This document shows, one piece after another, positions 1 to 12,963 of a DNA stretch of 64,000 bases. The notes beneath the pieces were generated by a model. It made no database searches, was not told the DNA's origin, and saw only the letters and a program-made list of their open reading frames with translations. Each line of letters opens with the position of its first letter. Position 1 is the stretch's first letter. This stretch comes from Lytechinus pictus (taxonomy: Eukaryota). The stretch spans positions 24,244,001 through 24,308,000 of the forward strand of contig NC_087250.1 in the NCBI RefSeq assembly GCF_037042905.1. Direction: 5' to 3'. A program made the position numbers and the translations under genes.

Positions 1-66
1 CGTGGATAACCACGGCAACAGGCGTCAATTTGGTACACTCTGACAAAAGCGTGCATCAGCATTTAA

Positions 67-650
67 AGGAGAATGAAACCCTTGAAACCAGCTGAATCCA
101 TATCAAAGAGAAAAATCAAAGAAACATATTGTTGAAAGTTTGAGGAAGATTGAATGAATAATACGAAAGTTATGAGCATTTGAATATTGAGATCACTAAT
201 GCCATATAGATCCTCCAATTGGCAATGCGACCAAGATCTGTGATGTCACACACGTACAACTCCCTCATTACTTTAGTACTTATTTCACTTATATTCTCAC
301 TTTTATAGAGTCTATTACAAGGTGAGGTGTTCTCTTTATGAGAGGACAAGTACAGAGGTTTCACAACATTATATCATTGATGAATCGTTTGTCATATGAT
401 TAGAATGAGCAAAAAGAAATGTTTTGGGGTATATTTTCAGTGTCCAAAAGGGGAGAGTTGTTCATCTGTGACATCATAGATCTTGGTCGCATTGCCAATG
501 GGAGGATCTCCATAGCATTAGTGATCTCGACATTCAAATGCTCATAACTCTTCTATTGCTAGTCCTATTTTACTCAAACTTTTGTTGATCTTATTCTTTG
601 ATTTTTCTGCTTTCACAAAAGCTAACTTGCTCCAAGAGTTTCATTCTCCT
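67..650. mobile_element. Non-autonomous Kolobok-like DNA transposon (MITE)
   Basis: TIR AGGAGAATGAAAC...GTTTCATTCTCCT, TTAA on both sides (63-66, 651-654), internal inverted subterminal blocks; inverted copy at 2000-2582. Confidence 0.8.
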
Positions 651-974
651 TTAATATACGAGGTAAAATAAGCGTAATTTATACAAGAAATCTGCATAAA
701 CCATAGACTCAACCATGGGTTTTCAAAACCACCTTTGTGAATTTGGGCCCAAGCCTCTTGTCAGGGGGGAAAATACAGAGGCTTGGGGTGATTTAGCCCC
801 TCACATGCTCATAGGAGCCCTGGAAACTAAAAAAAAGGAGCTCCAGACATCCCAATCCATTGCAATGTTAAAGCTTTATACATGTCCACAGTGTTCCAGA
901 TTTAGGCAGACAATGATAAAAAGTAGCTACCCCCAAAAATAAGAAAATAAACAAGAATATCAAATAAAAATAAA

Positions 975-1127
<153 letters not shown>

Positions 1128-1627
1128 TGAAAATCAATCAATCAAAAACAAAATTAAATAAAAAAATGCTTTGTCTGTCTCTTGTGCTATACAAGATTGA
1201 AAGAAAGAAAATAGAGAAAAGAGGATGAAGTTGTTTTTGAGTCCCATCTGAATGAATCAGATGGGACTCAAAAACAATGGTAGAGTCTACACTAGGACTG
1301 CACATGAAAAAGGATGATGCATCGTATCTAAAGCCTGCAAGGCAAACAGCTCATTCACTTGAAATAATCAAGAAAAAAAAAATCCTTGATTAAATCTCGT
1401 CTTTCCAATTAGATGTTAAACAGCATATTTTTTTACCAGCGGGCTGGCGACATTGGAGAGACAGACTCATTGATTGGAACTCTCTGGACGCAAAATAACT
1501 CATGAACATGAATGAGTTGGTAAACATGTTCACTATATTGACTATTACCAGTGTTCAGACAAGAAAAAGAAATTGTGTACAAAGTACTTGCGCATTTGCA
1601 ATGCAGTACTGGACCCTACCTTAATAA

Positions 1628-2886
1628 AGGACAAGTCCACCCCAATAAAAATTTGATTTGAATAAAGAGAGAAAAACTAACAAGCATATTCAATGAAAAT
1701 TTCATCAAAATCGGATGTAAAAACTAAAATGAGAAAGTTATAACTTATGACATCTTAAGGTTTTGCTTACATAATATCGTAAAATAGTTATTAATTTTAT
1801 GCACATCCACGTTGGCATGCAAATAAGGGGACTGATGACATCATCAACTCAGTATTTGTATTTCATTACATATTCTGATTTTCGCCTCATTGTCCGTTTA
1901 AACAAAGTATATTCCTTCCTGAATGTAGAATTAAAATTGTTTTAACATACATGTATATTGGTTCAGTCAAGTTGATCCTTATTGTCAAATCTGTATTAAA
2001 GGAGAATGAAACTCTTGGAGCAAGTTAGCTTTTGTGAAAGCAGAAAAATCAAAGAATAAGATCAACAAAACTTTGAGTAAAATAGGACTAGCAATAAAAG
2101 AGTTATGAGCATTTGAATATTGAGATCACTAGTGCCATGTAGATCCTCCCATCGGCAATGCGACCAAGATCTGTGATGTCACACACGTACAACTCTCCCA
2201 TTCGGACACTGAAAATATACCCCAAAACATCTCTTTTTGCTCATTCTAATCATATGACAAACGATTCATCAATGATATAATGTTGTGAAACCTCTGTACT
2301 TGTCATCTCATAAAGAAAACACATAACCTTGTGATAGACTCTATAAAAGTGAGAATAAAAGTGAAATAAGTACTAAAGTAATGAGGGAGTTGTACGTGTG
2401 TGATATCACAGATCTTGGTCGCATTGCCGATGGGAGGATCTACATGGCACTAGTGATCTCAATATTCAAATGCTCATAACTTTCTTATTATTCATTCAAT
2501 CTTCCTCAAACTTTCAACAATATGTTTCTTTGATTTTTCTCTTTGATATGGATTCAGCTAGTTTCAAGGGTTTCATTCTCCTTTAAACAAATGAAATATT
2601 GTATAATTCAAAAAACAAAAACAAAAGAAATAGTGAGGGACATGACGGACCCTCATTTGCATACCAATACACATAACTATTTTCGAAACTTAAATGTCAT
2701 AACTTTCTTCTTTAATATGCTTAATGTTTGATTTTTCTATATTGATTCAAATCAACATCTGATAAACTTTAAAATGTCCTAACTTTCTTCTTTTACATCA
2801 AATTTTCATGAAATTGTCAGTGTTTTTAAGCATGTTTGATTTGTCTCTATTGATTCAAATCAACATTTTTCTGGATGTGGACTTGG
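1628..2886. mobile_element. Second Kolobok-like MITE family (AGGACAAGTCCACCCC terminus), interrupted by the 2000-2582 element
   Basis: Starts aggacaagtccacccc, ends gtggacttg; related sequence at ~9340-9950 and 21525-22170; boundaries approximate. Confidence 0.6.
2000..2582. mobile_element. Kolobok-like MITE, inverted copy of 67-650
   Basis: Same TIRs, TTAA at 1996-1999 and 2583-2586; reverse complement of the first copy with few differences. Confidence 0.8.
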
Positions 2887-3890
2887 GAATTAACCCCTAC
2901 CCAAAACTCAGCCCCACCTTTTACCCTAAGCTTGACCCTGTACTCCTCCTTTATGCAAACCACAGGAAAAAAGTTACACAGGGGCCCAAAATACTTTTAA
3001 AAATCCTTGGAAAATGAAAATGATTCCCAGACCCCCCCCCCCCATCCCACTGCAATGTTTAAAGCTTACTCATGTTGCAGATTGGGAAAGAAGTAGTGAA
3101 AAGACCCCCCCCCCCCAATAAAAAAAAAATAATAATAATAATAATAATAATAAAAATAAATAAATAAATGAAGGAAGGAAGGAAGGAATAAATTATCAAA
3201 TAAATAAAATTAAAAAACATAATAACAATAATAAATAAATTTTACAATAATAATTTTTTGCCTGCTTGACCTGACAGTTTGACCTGCTTGACCTGACCAT
3301 AATTTTTGTGCTTCTCAGCCCATCAAAACAAACAAAAGTTGGAAGATCTGGCAGATTGCAAAACAAAGAATGTCGATGAAATGCTTCAACGAAATCACAC
3401 CTTTTTTTATCATTTCTTTTGCCTTCATGGGTGTAGCTCTTTCATCATTTGTTCAGGAGTATCGTGTGGGCCACTTTTTTTTTTGGGGGGGGGGCACGAT
3501 CCAAATTTGAACCAAAAAAAATATACCATAATAATTTTTTGCATGCTTGACCCGACAGTTACCATAATTTTTGTGCTTCTCAACCCATCAAAACAAACAA
3601 AAGTTGGAAGATCTGGCAAATTGCGAAAGAAAGTGTGTCAATGAACAACGAAATAACCAAAAAAAAATTATCATTCTTTTTGCCTTCATATGTGTAGCTC
3701 TTTCATCATTTGTTCATGAATAATCATGTATGTGTAGGCCAATTTTTTTTTTTTTGGCGTGATCCAAATTTGAACATGTACATGTAGCTGTGGCTAATAT
3801 CCAGATATTACACAGTGCATTAATTTTTAAATGAAAGAGGAATTCTTCTGCTTTTCAGGATTTTAATACAAGTTGTACACAATACAAATG

Positions 3891-4310
3891 CAGGGTGCTA
3901 CATTACTTTTTAGAAGCACTTGCCCAGCCGGGCAAGTAAATTTCTAAATAGTTGGAATATACTTGCCCAAAAATCTATTTCACTTGCCCAAAAAAATCAT
4001 TGAAAAAAAGAGTTGTACCTCTCCAAAAGAAAGTTTTGCCGTTTTATAAACCACAAACTATTTTTCTCTTTTGACATGAACTGATCTACTTTGTTATTGC
4101 ATTTCTTTTTCCAAAGTGATTTTATTTTGCCTGCCATGGCCAAAATTCGGGTCAATATATCATATATCGACCCTAATTTCGGTCATTCTACTGGGAGTAT
4201 TTTGCTTGCCCAATTCGGGTATTGAAGTTTTGGTCTTTATTTCAAAACACTTGCCCGACTCTAACTTTTACTTGCCCTGGGCAATCGGGCAAGTGCTTAT
4301 GCAGCACCCT
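3891..4310. mobile_element. hAT-like MITE
   Basis: Ends CAGGGTGC...GCACCCTG with repeated CACTTGCCC subterminal motifs; no clear TSD. Confidence 0.5.
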
Positions 4311-4892
4311 GCATTATCCTTGTACATGTACGTTTAAGATAAATACCAGTTGTGTTCGAACAGAATCCAATGAAGTTACCAGCAAAGTGTTACAAACTAC
4401 AGTACACATGTAATAAAAATATGTGCCAAATACACAATAGCTCTGGAAGAAGATATTGCTGAGAAATGAGCAAAATAAGCAGATTTCATCAAATGTCATC
4501 AGAATTATCAATTTTGAGCTAAGATTTCATAATTATACAAAGATAATTTTACATTTAATGTACCAGATCTAGATATATGATTGTATTTTGAGAAAGACTG
4601 AACTCACTAAAATGTTTGCTACCAGCCTACCACTACTGTTTTTTTACTTTTAAAAGGTCAAGTTGGTCCTTATTTTCAAATCTGTAAAGATCTGATGGAA
4701 AATCTGCACTCTAAAGCCAAATATATTTAACTTAATCTCCAAAACTAAATAAAACCAATCATTACCGGTATCTGTACATTATTCTGAATCAAAACTCTAT
4801 AAAAATTACATTCCTTACTCTTACCCTATGCCTTTTGATTTATCAAGACCGGAGCAATTGACGCAGGGGCATAATTAGTTACGTCGTGTCAC

Positions 4893-6330
4893 CTCACCAT
4901 CATCATCCCCAGCAACATAATCATCATCACTCATCATTAAAAAAATTCTCCTCCTCCTCATCATCAACATTATCATCGTTAAGTCAATATCATCATCATC
5001 ATTATCATCATTATTACCATCATCATCACCATCATCATTATCACCATCATCATCATCATCACCTTCATCATTATCACCATCATCATCACCATCACCATCA
5101 CCATCTGGATGGATCATACCCAATGTCATCATCATCAAAAAATCAAAATAAAAAAAATAAATAAATAAAAACTTAACTAATTATCATTATCACTTTTCAT
5201 CATCATGGTGATGATGAAAAGTGATGATGATATCATGTCATCACAATCATCACCATCATCACTATCATCATCAATCATAATCATTATTATCCTCATCATC
5301 CCCTTTTTATTCTTATCACTGGTCATCATCATTATCGTCGCCACTATCATCACCACCTGATCGTTGTCATTTTCTTGTCAATATCATCATCATCATTGGT
5401 AAAATACGCAACATCATTTATCATTGATCACCATAACCCTCATCATCCCCAATTCTACATCATCATCAACATCATCATCACTATAACATCCATCATCATC
5501 ACCATCATAATTACCATCATCACCACCATCACCATTGCCATCATCATCACCATCATCATCATCATAATCATTATCATCATGGTCATCATCATTACCATAA
5601 TTACTACCATCATCTTCATCATCATCATTACCATCACCATCATCATTATCATCATCATTATCAACAACATCATTACCATCATCATCACCATCATAATAAT
5701 AATAATATAGAGTATTTCTAAAGCGCCAAATCCACATTGATTATGTGCTCAAGGCGCTGAAATATACTTGGTATATTATCATTACCCCGGCTGTAGCTGA
5801 GCGTCCATATAGGCGCTAAAGCATTCAAGGAATAAATCCTACCGGGTACCCATTCACCTCACCTGGGTCGAGTGCAGCACAATGTGGATAAATTTCTTGC
5901 TGAAGGAAATTACGCCATGGCTGGGATTCGAACCCACGACCCTCTGTTTCAAAGTCCGAAGACTAATCCACTGGGCCACAACGCTCCACATGATCTGATC
6001 ACCATCATCATCATTCTCAATATCATCGTCATCATCACCATCATCATTACCATCATTATCATCATTATCACCATCATTATCACCATCATTATCATCATCA
6101 TCATCATCATTACCATCACTAAATATTACATTCATCATCATTGTCACCTTCATCACCAACATCATCACTATTACATCATCACCATCATCATTTATACCAT
6201 CATCATTACTACCAGCATCATCACCTTCGTCCAAATCATCACCACGGTCATCATCCTTGTCTCCATCATCAGAATTGCTGAAGCATTTCCACATTACCAT
6301 CATCATTATCATCCCCATCATCAGATCATT
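4893..6330. repeat. Degenerate (CAT/CAC)n trinucleotide tract interrupted by a SINE
   Basis: Long runs of atc/acc; these produce the poly-His/Asp/Ile/Met ORFs. Confidence 0.9.
5692..5988 (-). mobile_element. tRNA-derived SINE with L2-like 3' tail
   Basis: Minus strand A box TGGCCCAGTGG, B box GGTTCGAATCCC; tail gcgccttgag...gcgcttt...aaata (TAT)n; related copy at 55415. Confidence 0.8.
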
Positions 6331-6704
6331 CCATCTTAATGTGTAATCAACCAGCATTGATCATGAATGTAATATGTAGATCTAAATCTACTTGCTGTAG
6401 TCCTACAGAGCCTAATCTTACATCATTTCATAATTTTAGACATGTATCATCATCATCTTGAAAGCATCCTCAATATCAGGTTCAGGCACATAATGACCTC
6501 ATCTTCCATCACCACACATGTAGGCCCTAATCAACATTTGAATTATCAAATCAATCACCAGGTTATAATTTTGAATTGCATAAACCGTCCCATCATAGAT
6601 CATCAATTCTTCGCAAATGTCATAATGATCAACACTGAATGTCTCATCTTCATTCACACAGAGGCACAGCCGATTTTTTATTCAGCTCGAGATCTAATGT
6701 ATGA

Positions 6705-7210
6705 TAAATAGCTCAGTCGTTTAGAGCGCATGTTTCGGATAAGATTGTAGATCTCAACGTGAGGGGTTCGAGTCCCGCTCATGCCGAAACGCGTCTAACA
6801 AAAAATCTGATGCTATATAGCATTGTGTGTAAGTGTGTCTCACCACACTGTATTCAGTGCAAGTGTGACTGCAGTTGGAAAACACTCCGTCCATCGGAAA
6901 GGACGCAAATGTTGGTCCCATAGGCGGCGGAAGCAAGGGGGTACGTGTCTCCCCCTAAATTTTAGGTGGGGGACTATCCCCCCCAAAAAAAAAATTTGTT
7001 GGTAACCTTTTTTTTTTTTTTTTGCTTGTCCATTTTTTTTCCTACGTCCTCCCTATAATTTGTGGTTGATAACCTTTTTTTTGCTTGTCAAAAAATTGTG
7101 TGGTGGTCCTTCCAAAAATGTTGGGCTTCCGCCGCCAATGGTTGGTCCCGTGTATAGCCTAGGAGAATCACAAACAAGACCAATACACTATATTCGTCAA
7201 AGAGTAGACC
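6705..7210 (+). mobile_element. tRNA-derived SINE interrupted by a hAT MITE
   Basis: TAGCTCAGTCG A box, GGTTCGAGTCCC B box, downstream ccgtccatcggaaaggacg core-like segment; 3' end approximate. Confidence 0.6.
6919..7140. mobile_element. hAT-like MITE
   Basis: TIR CATAGGCGGCGGAAGC/GCTTCCGCCGCCAATG, exact 8-bp TSD GTTGGTCC (6911-6918, 7141-7148). Confidence 0.85.
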
Positions 7211-7510
7211 CATTCGGCGCGGTGTATTGCATCTGCAGGTCCTGGCAAGATTTAGGTCAAGTCAATCTTGACGTTCATAATGCCATATTCAATATAATGA
7301 TTGTGGGCATTAACGGAAAGACAAGACATGATAACGTTACTTTGACTTTGTTAGAGTTCCAACTTCTAGTATTTCTACACTAAATTCAAAAGCACATACA
7401 TGTAGGCCTGGAGGCCTAACATGCCTAACACTCACACTGTCACTGTTAGTAACAGTGACAGTATCATCAGTAAATTAAGCTGGTTCATCTCCCCTATTGG
7501 ATACCTTATT

Positions 7511-7621
7511 TAGTCTTGAGGACGCAATGATGATTTTTTATATACTGTCATATACTTCTTCATCATTGACGAAGTATATGACAGTATATAAAAAATCATC
7601 ATCATTGCGTCCTCAAGACTA
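7511..7621. mobile_element. 111-bp hairpin MITE with TAGTCT...AGACTA termini
   Basis: Near-perfect ~48-bp inverted arms; degenerate 9-bp TSD taccttatt/tatcttatc. Confidence 0.65.
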
Positions 7622-7743
7622 TATCTTATCATAGGCTTAGGCCCTAATTATATTTTAGTCATGAATGAACTCCAAACATAATAATTACTGAACAAAACTG
7701 GTCCATAGGAAAGTGAATTTTCGCCCGCCCTCATCACGTCTCT

Positions 7744-8432
7744 GGGTGATTTCAAGTACGGTGTTCGGTGTTGGTGTTGGTGTTGAGAGCGTGAAAAGGC
7801 TGCTGAACCAAGCCCCAACACCGAGCTGAGTTCAGGGAGCGATACCGATCGCGTTATTGATATCACTATGACTTCACACCTCTGCGCTGCGCTGCTGATC
7901 ATCTCAACTTTACGCGAGAAATTCTCGACGACGAAAGTGATATCGGGAAGAAATTGCAGTAAAATCTTATCGTACAGAATGCACAGGTTAAAATCACTGC
8001 AATAATCAGAAAGCATAAATATTATTTTTTTCAAATCAATGATTTGCTCTCATCTATTCTTAACTGTAATAATTTTACGGGGGTGTTTCATCGTTTTCGC
8101 CTCCTGTTCGTGAACTACAGTTCATCAACACCAACACCGAACTTGAAATCACGATTTCCCCAATCCCTGGGGGTTGGTGTTGGTGAATAGGGAAATTGCA
8201 CGTAGATCGTCAACAGTCACCAACTGTAATGCTCAGTTCAGCAGACGACATTCAACACCAGAGTCCAGAGCTCAACACAAAAGTCACAAACTGTCGGAAA
8301 GACGTCATATTTTCCGAGGTCAATCCCAACATCAGCATGATTTCAAGGGCCATTTCAAGTACGGTGTTGTAGCTGGTGTTGGTGTTGTCCCAACACCAAC
8401 ACCAGATTTCAACACCGTACTTGAAATCACCC
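7744..8432. mobile_element. PIF/Harbinger-like MITE
   Basis: TIR GGGTGATTTCAAGTACGGTGTT, 3-bp TSD TCT; second copy at 51115-51742. Confidence 0.8.
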
Positions 8433-8629
8433 TCTGTCATGATAAACAAAACATAACCAAAAGACAAAACAAATGAAAACGTCTAAAAAAAAACTTTGAC
8501 TCAAAGTTGAGTCAAACACACACAAAAATGAATTGCCGTGATATATGTCTCTCATCTTGATTGAAAAACATTCAACATTGAAGTTGAATCATCTAATTTC
8601 TTCAGTGAAAGATAAGAAAGTAAACTTAC

Positions 8630-8726
8630 CGATTTTATAGCAGGATTACTACGAGGGAAAACAGTTATATCATGATATTTTCTCTGTTTTTCTTGTGTCA
8701 CAGCTTCCCGTCTTCTCTTACGCCAG
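8630..8726 (-). CDS. Candidate internal exon of an unidentified minus-strand gene (WRKRRREAVTQEKQRKYHDITVFPRSNPAIKS)
   Basis: ttgtacAG acceptor, GTAAGT donor, only one of three frames open; basic cluster resembles a juxtamembrane segment; no partner exons confirmed. Confidence 0.3.
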
Positions 8727-9990
8727 CTGTACAAATGTACATGAGAGATACATGACTGGAATTTAACTGATCGCACTATGTCTAAAGCTGCAATCCCTAC
8801 GTAATTTTCGCATATTGATGCCGAAGATAGAACACAAACGGGGTTGTTTACCAGTCTGACTTTTTAACCTTCTTTGATAGAGGGAGGCATTCAAATTTGG
8901 GCAAACTACTTCAGTTGACAACAGAATTCCGTGAAAGAACTTATTTTATAAGATGTTTTATCCGACATACATGTATGTAGTCTGTTCTATCCGAAAATTA
9001 CGGAGTAACAGTTGTTCACAACCCCCAAACAAATCAAGGAAAGCTGTTAGAATTTACAACCTTTGGGAGTATAGGATGACACGCTCTGTTTCAGGCTGTG
9101 GATCGGATAGTAAAAAATAGAAAAAAGGAAAAGATGAAAAGCTCCCGGAAAAGCTGAGAGAAGAAAGGAAAATTCAAAGACAGGCCAACCACTGTTGAGA
9201 TTTAATTAAAATTAAGGGCGTCATTGTCCCTCCCCCCCTTCCCGGCCCTTTCTGGTCCCCTACATGGTGAACAAAAAGCATTTGCTCTGGGTCATAATGC
9301 AAGTTATGGTTTAATTAATAAATCAAATATTAGATGATGAGTCCACCAACAAAAAACGTGATTTAAAAAAAAAATAGCAGGACTCAAAATCCAACAAGCA
9401 TAACACAAACTTTTAACAAAATCGGATGTAAAATAAAAAAATTAATTATGACATTTAAAACTTTTGCTCAGTTTTACAAAACAGATATTTGTTTATATCC
9501 TGATCGGTATGCGAATAAGGGAACTGATCGCATCCCTATTCACTTTTTTTTTTTTATAGAAATGGTTTATTAAACAAAACTCGTTTGAGTCCCACTAGAG
9601 GTCAAATTACATCCAAACAAAGGAATTAGCCGGGCCTGCATCGAAATTACAAGAAAACACTACCTAATCAAATACGGTCACATAGGCCTTTTTTATAGTG
9701 AAATATGAAATATTCAAAATTTTTAATCATTGTCACATGTCAATAACCCTGAAAAACATGTGGATCATCATTTGAACATTTTGTGGCTCGGCCGATTAGT
9801 TTAATATTTTCAAATTTGAAGAGACTGAAATTCAAATAAAAGAAAACATAATAGTGAGTTAGAGACTTGATCGACTAGCTGTTTCATTTGTATCACTGAG
9901 TTGTACACATAACTGTCTTCTGAAACTAAGCAAAATTTTAAATGATATTACTTTTAATTACCATCGTTGTGCCTTTTATGTTTTTTCTCT

Positions 9991-9992
<2 letters not shown>

Positions 9993-10055
<63 letters not shown>

Positions 10056-10075
10056 GGACTTGATCCTGTTTAGAG

Positions 10076-10152
<77 letters not shown>

Positions 10153-10791
10153 TGACTTGTGATCACGCTTGGGAACATCAGCAACAAACGATCACCACGA
10201 TCAATAACAGCACCATATATTGGAACTGTGGCATACTAACGGATAGAACCATCAACTGCAACAAGCCGGACATCATCGTCAGAGACAACAACGTAGTAAA
10301 TATCATTGAGGTCTCTGTTCCCCATGATATCAACATTGCTGTAAAGGAAAGAGACAAACGGCTAAAGTATCAAGACCTAAGGATTAAGATCGAGAGGATG
10401 TGGAACGTGAAAGCAGAGGTCACACCAGTCATCATTGGTCACTCAGCCAGGAATGGTGAAGAAGGGAATGGAAGCCTGCATAACCAAGATCTCTCCTCAC
10501 CTTCGGATGTACGACATTCAGAAGGCAGCTATCTTGGGTACAACCAGATTGATAAGAAAGACTCTCGGACGTTAGTAGTGTAAAGTTCCTAGTTGCACTT
10601 GAAATTACTTGGTGCTTTTGTTAGAGCAAAGTTATTTAAGAAAAAAATACGGACTTGATCCTGTTATTAATGATAATAATAATAACAATAACAATAATAA
10701 TAATGATAATAACAATAATAACAATAATAATAATAATAATAATAAAAATACGGACTTGATCCTGTTTAGAGGAATAATAATAATGATAATA

Positions 10792-10830
<39 letters not shown>
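9993..10830. repeat. (TAA)n microsatellite split by retroelement insertions
   Basis: Four TAA/AAC runs separated by non-repeat inserts. Confidence 0.9.
10152..10668 (+). mobile_element. 5'-truncated R4/Dong-like non-LTR retrotransposon (restriction-like endonuclease domain, frameshifted)
   Basis: IYWN...TDRTINCNKPDII...IIEVSVP...KRLKYQDL...MW...PVIIG; a frameshift near 10440 continues to QKAAILGTTRLIRKTL*; flanked by TAA repeats. Confidence 0.8.
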
Positions 10831-11721
10831 GCCAATTTCTATATAGCGCTTTTCCCAGAATGGCTCAAAGCGCGTTACAGCACATTGATGCAAATCATTT
10901 TTTCTGGGGTGGAATTGACATTAACATGTTTAACAAAATAAGAGGAGCCATATCCGCCTTATCATTTCTCTCTCTTCTTTTTTTCATCATCATCTTCTTC
11001 CTCCTCCTCTTCTTAATTCTTCTTCCTTTTCATCCCCTCTCTGTCGTCTTCCTATTGTTCTTCTCGGGGGGGGGGGGGGGCGGGGGGGGGGGGGCGGGGG
11101 GGGGGGGAGCTTGGTGCTGTTGCCCCCTTACCCGAGGGGGGAAACAAGACAATTGAATGAAATGAACAAGAAAATGGTTAGGCCTGTATACTAAATTAAT
11201 TTCTTAATATCATATTGAAATCTGTCGTGAAATTATTAATTCACACAGGATTTTATTCCTTTATTATTATTATTATCATTATTGTTGGTAGCGATGATTT
11301 AGTATCCCTTCATGTATGCTATCTATTTTAACTGTAGCAGATCAGATCATATTCATTGCCTCAAGAAGCAGATTAACAATCAATCATAAATTTTTTTTTT
11401 TCTTGATTCAGGAACCGAAATTAGACATGCAATCGCGTTGCAAGGCTTGCAACGCCCCATTGGGCTAGGCTTACTATTAATTTATACGCAGAACAAACAT
11501 TTTTTTTTTTCGTTCATTATTTGTATTTATTGTTCCATTCAATTAAATCCAATCTTTATATCACAAATAAGATTAAAAAAACAACATTCTGGCTTTTTAC
11601 CAGGTTATAAAAAACATTCTGTATCGCAAAATTCATTTTCTCAACTTTTTAATCAAACTAGATTAGTGTGTATACGGCATTAGAGGTTCTTTGCTAAGGA
11701 TATAGGCCTACACAATCAATA

Positions 11722-12716
11722 CAGTGCGTATCAAAAAAAAAGTTTACACTTTGAAAAAGCCCTGGGAATTAAAAAAATATGCAACATGTGGGTAATTTTT
11801 TCACATATAATCTTGGGTTTAGGTCTCATCTATCTAATGAAAGTAAAAGTTTGGACAGAATGTTACACTTGAGTGAGCACTGTCCATTTTTGTAAAGCTC
11901 GCAGAAATCTGTTTGCGCATAAATGCTCATTTTCACGCTGTGTCAAGGGGAAAGGGGGAAATCAAACTTAGCCTGCGAAACATTTCTCATACATTTCCCT
12001 TGCACTTTTAGTCGATTGAAATAAAACGGATACATTCCAGCATTTTGTAACAATTTTGCCATCCAAATTGAAATTTCAACACTTAGTAAGCACAACCTTT
12101 ACCCTTTTGTGTGCCAGCTGGATCTGAGGACATAACTGAATCTGAACAAAAGTTTATTTTAGACATCTCCAGCATTTTTTCACTAAGCTTGTGTCATTAA
12201 AGCGGGTTTACATTTCATTTTTAATTTGATACTTGTTTCCTCCACACTTTTCCCAAACTTGACAATGATTAATGAAACTAAAATGTAGCCTAAGCCATTT
12301 CATGTAAATCACAGCTCAGTGTAAAGCAAATATCGTCAAGATGGCCTCGGCGTGTGGGGGAGTGGGGTGGGGCGCAATGCACTCTCCGAAGTGTTTTGGG
12401 CAAGGAAACAACTTAAATAAGGAAAAGGATATCATCAAACCAATTTTACTAGCTAAATTCCACAAATTCTTCATGATTAAGGTGTACTTTTATTCGCATA
12501 ACTCTTTCCAAGTTCTGCGCAAATCATTTTCACTTACATTTCAAAAGTAAGTGGCGCTCACTCAAGCGGAAATATTTTTCGACAGTTATATCGTCATTTG
12601 ATTAATAAATGGATCAATGTACCAATGTTAAAATGTGGAAAAATCTTCAGGATATTACAAATGTATAATTTTACAGGATTTTTTCTAAGTGTAAACTTTT
12701 TTTTGTATACGCACTG
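11722..12716. mobile_element. Tc1/mariner-like non-autonomous element
   Basis: TIR CAGTGCGTAT...AAAGTTTACACTT, TA on both sides. Confidence 0.8.
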
Positions 12717-12963
12717 TAGAACACAAATCTATCTTATTTTCAATTAGCGCTGGAATAACATGGTAACATGCAATATTTAATTAATTCTATTTTTCAGTAC
12801 TGCATTACAAGTTATACACACTCTTAAAATAGTTGGGCCAAAAATGCCCAACTGTTAACTAACCCTGTCGGGCAACATGCTGTCAACGCAACTGTTAGTT
12901 AAAACAATTCCTATTGTACACAAAGAAGAATTAACATTTTTGGTCATGACTATAATCATAATC

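Noticed and set aside
1437..1500. Possible exon (plus strand GWRHWRDRLIDWNSLDAK*, or minus strand RVPINESVSPMSPAR)
   Set aside because: Splice signals are plausible on either strand but weak; no recognisable homology or partner exon.
5915..5988. tRNA gene (also 6705-6785 and 55415-55485)
   Set aside because: A/B boxes continue into SINE bodies and the cloverleaf is degenerate.
4875..6357. Poly-His/Asp/Ile/Met ORFs
   Set aside because: Open frames arise from stop-free (CAT)n repeats.
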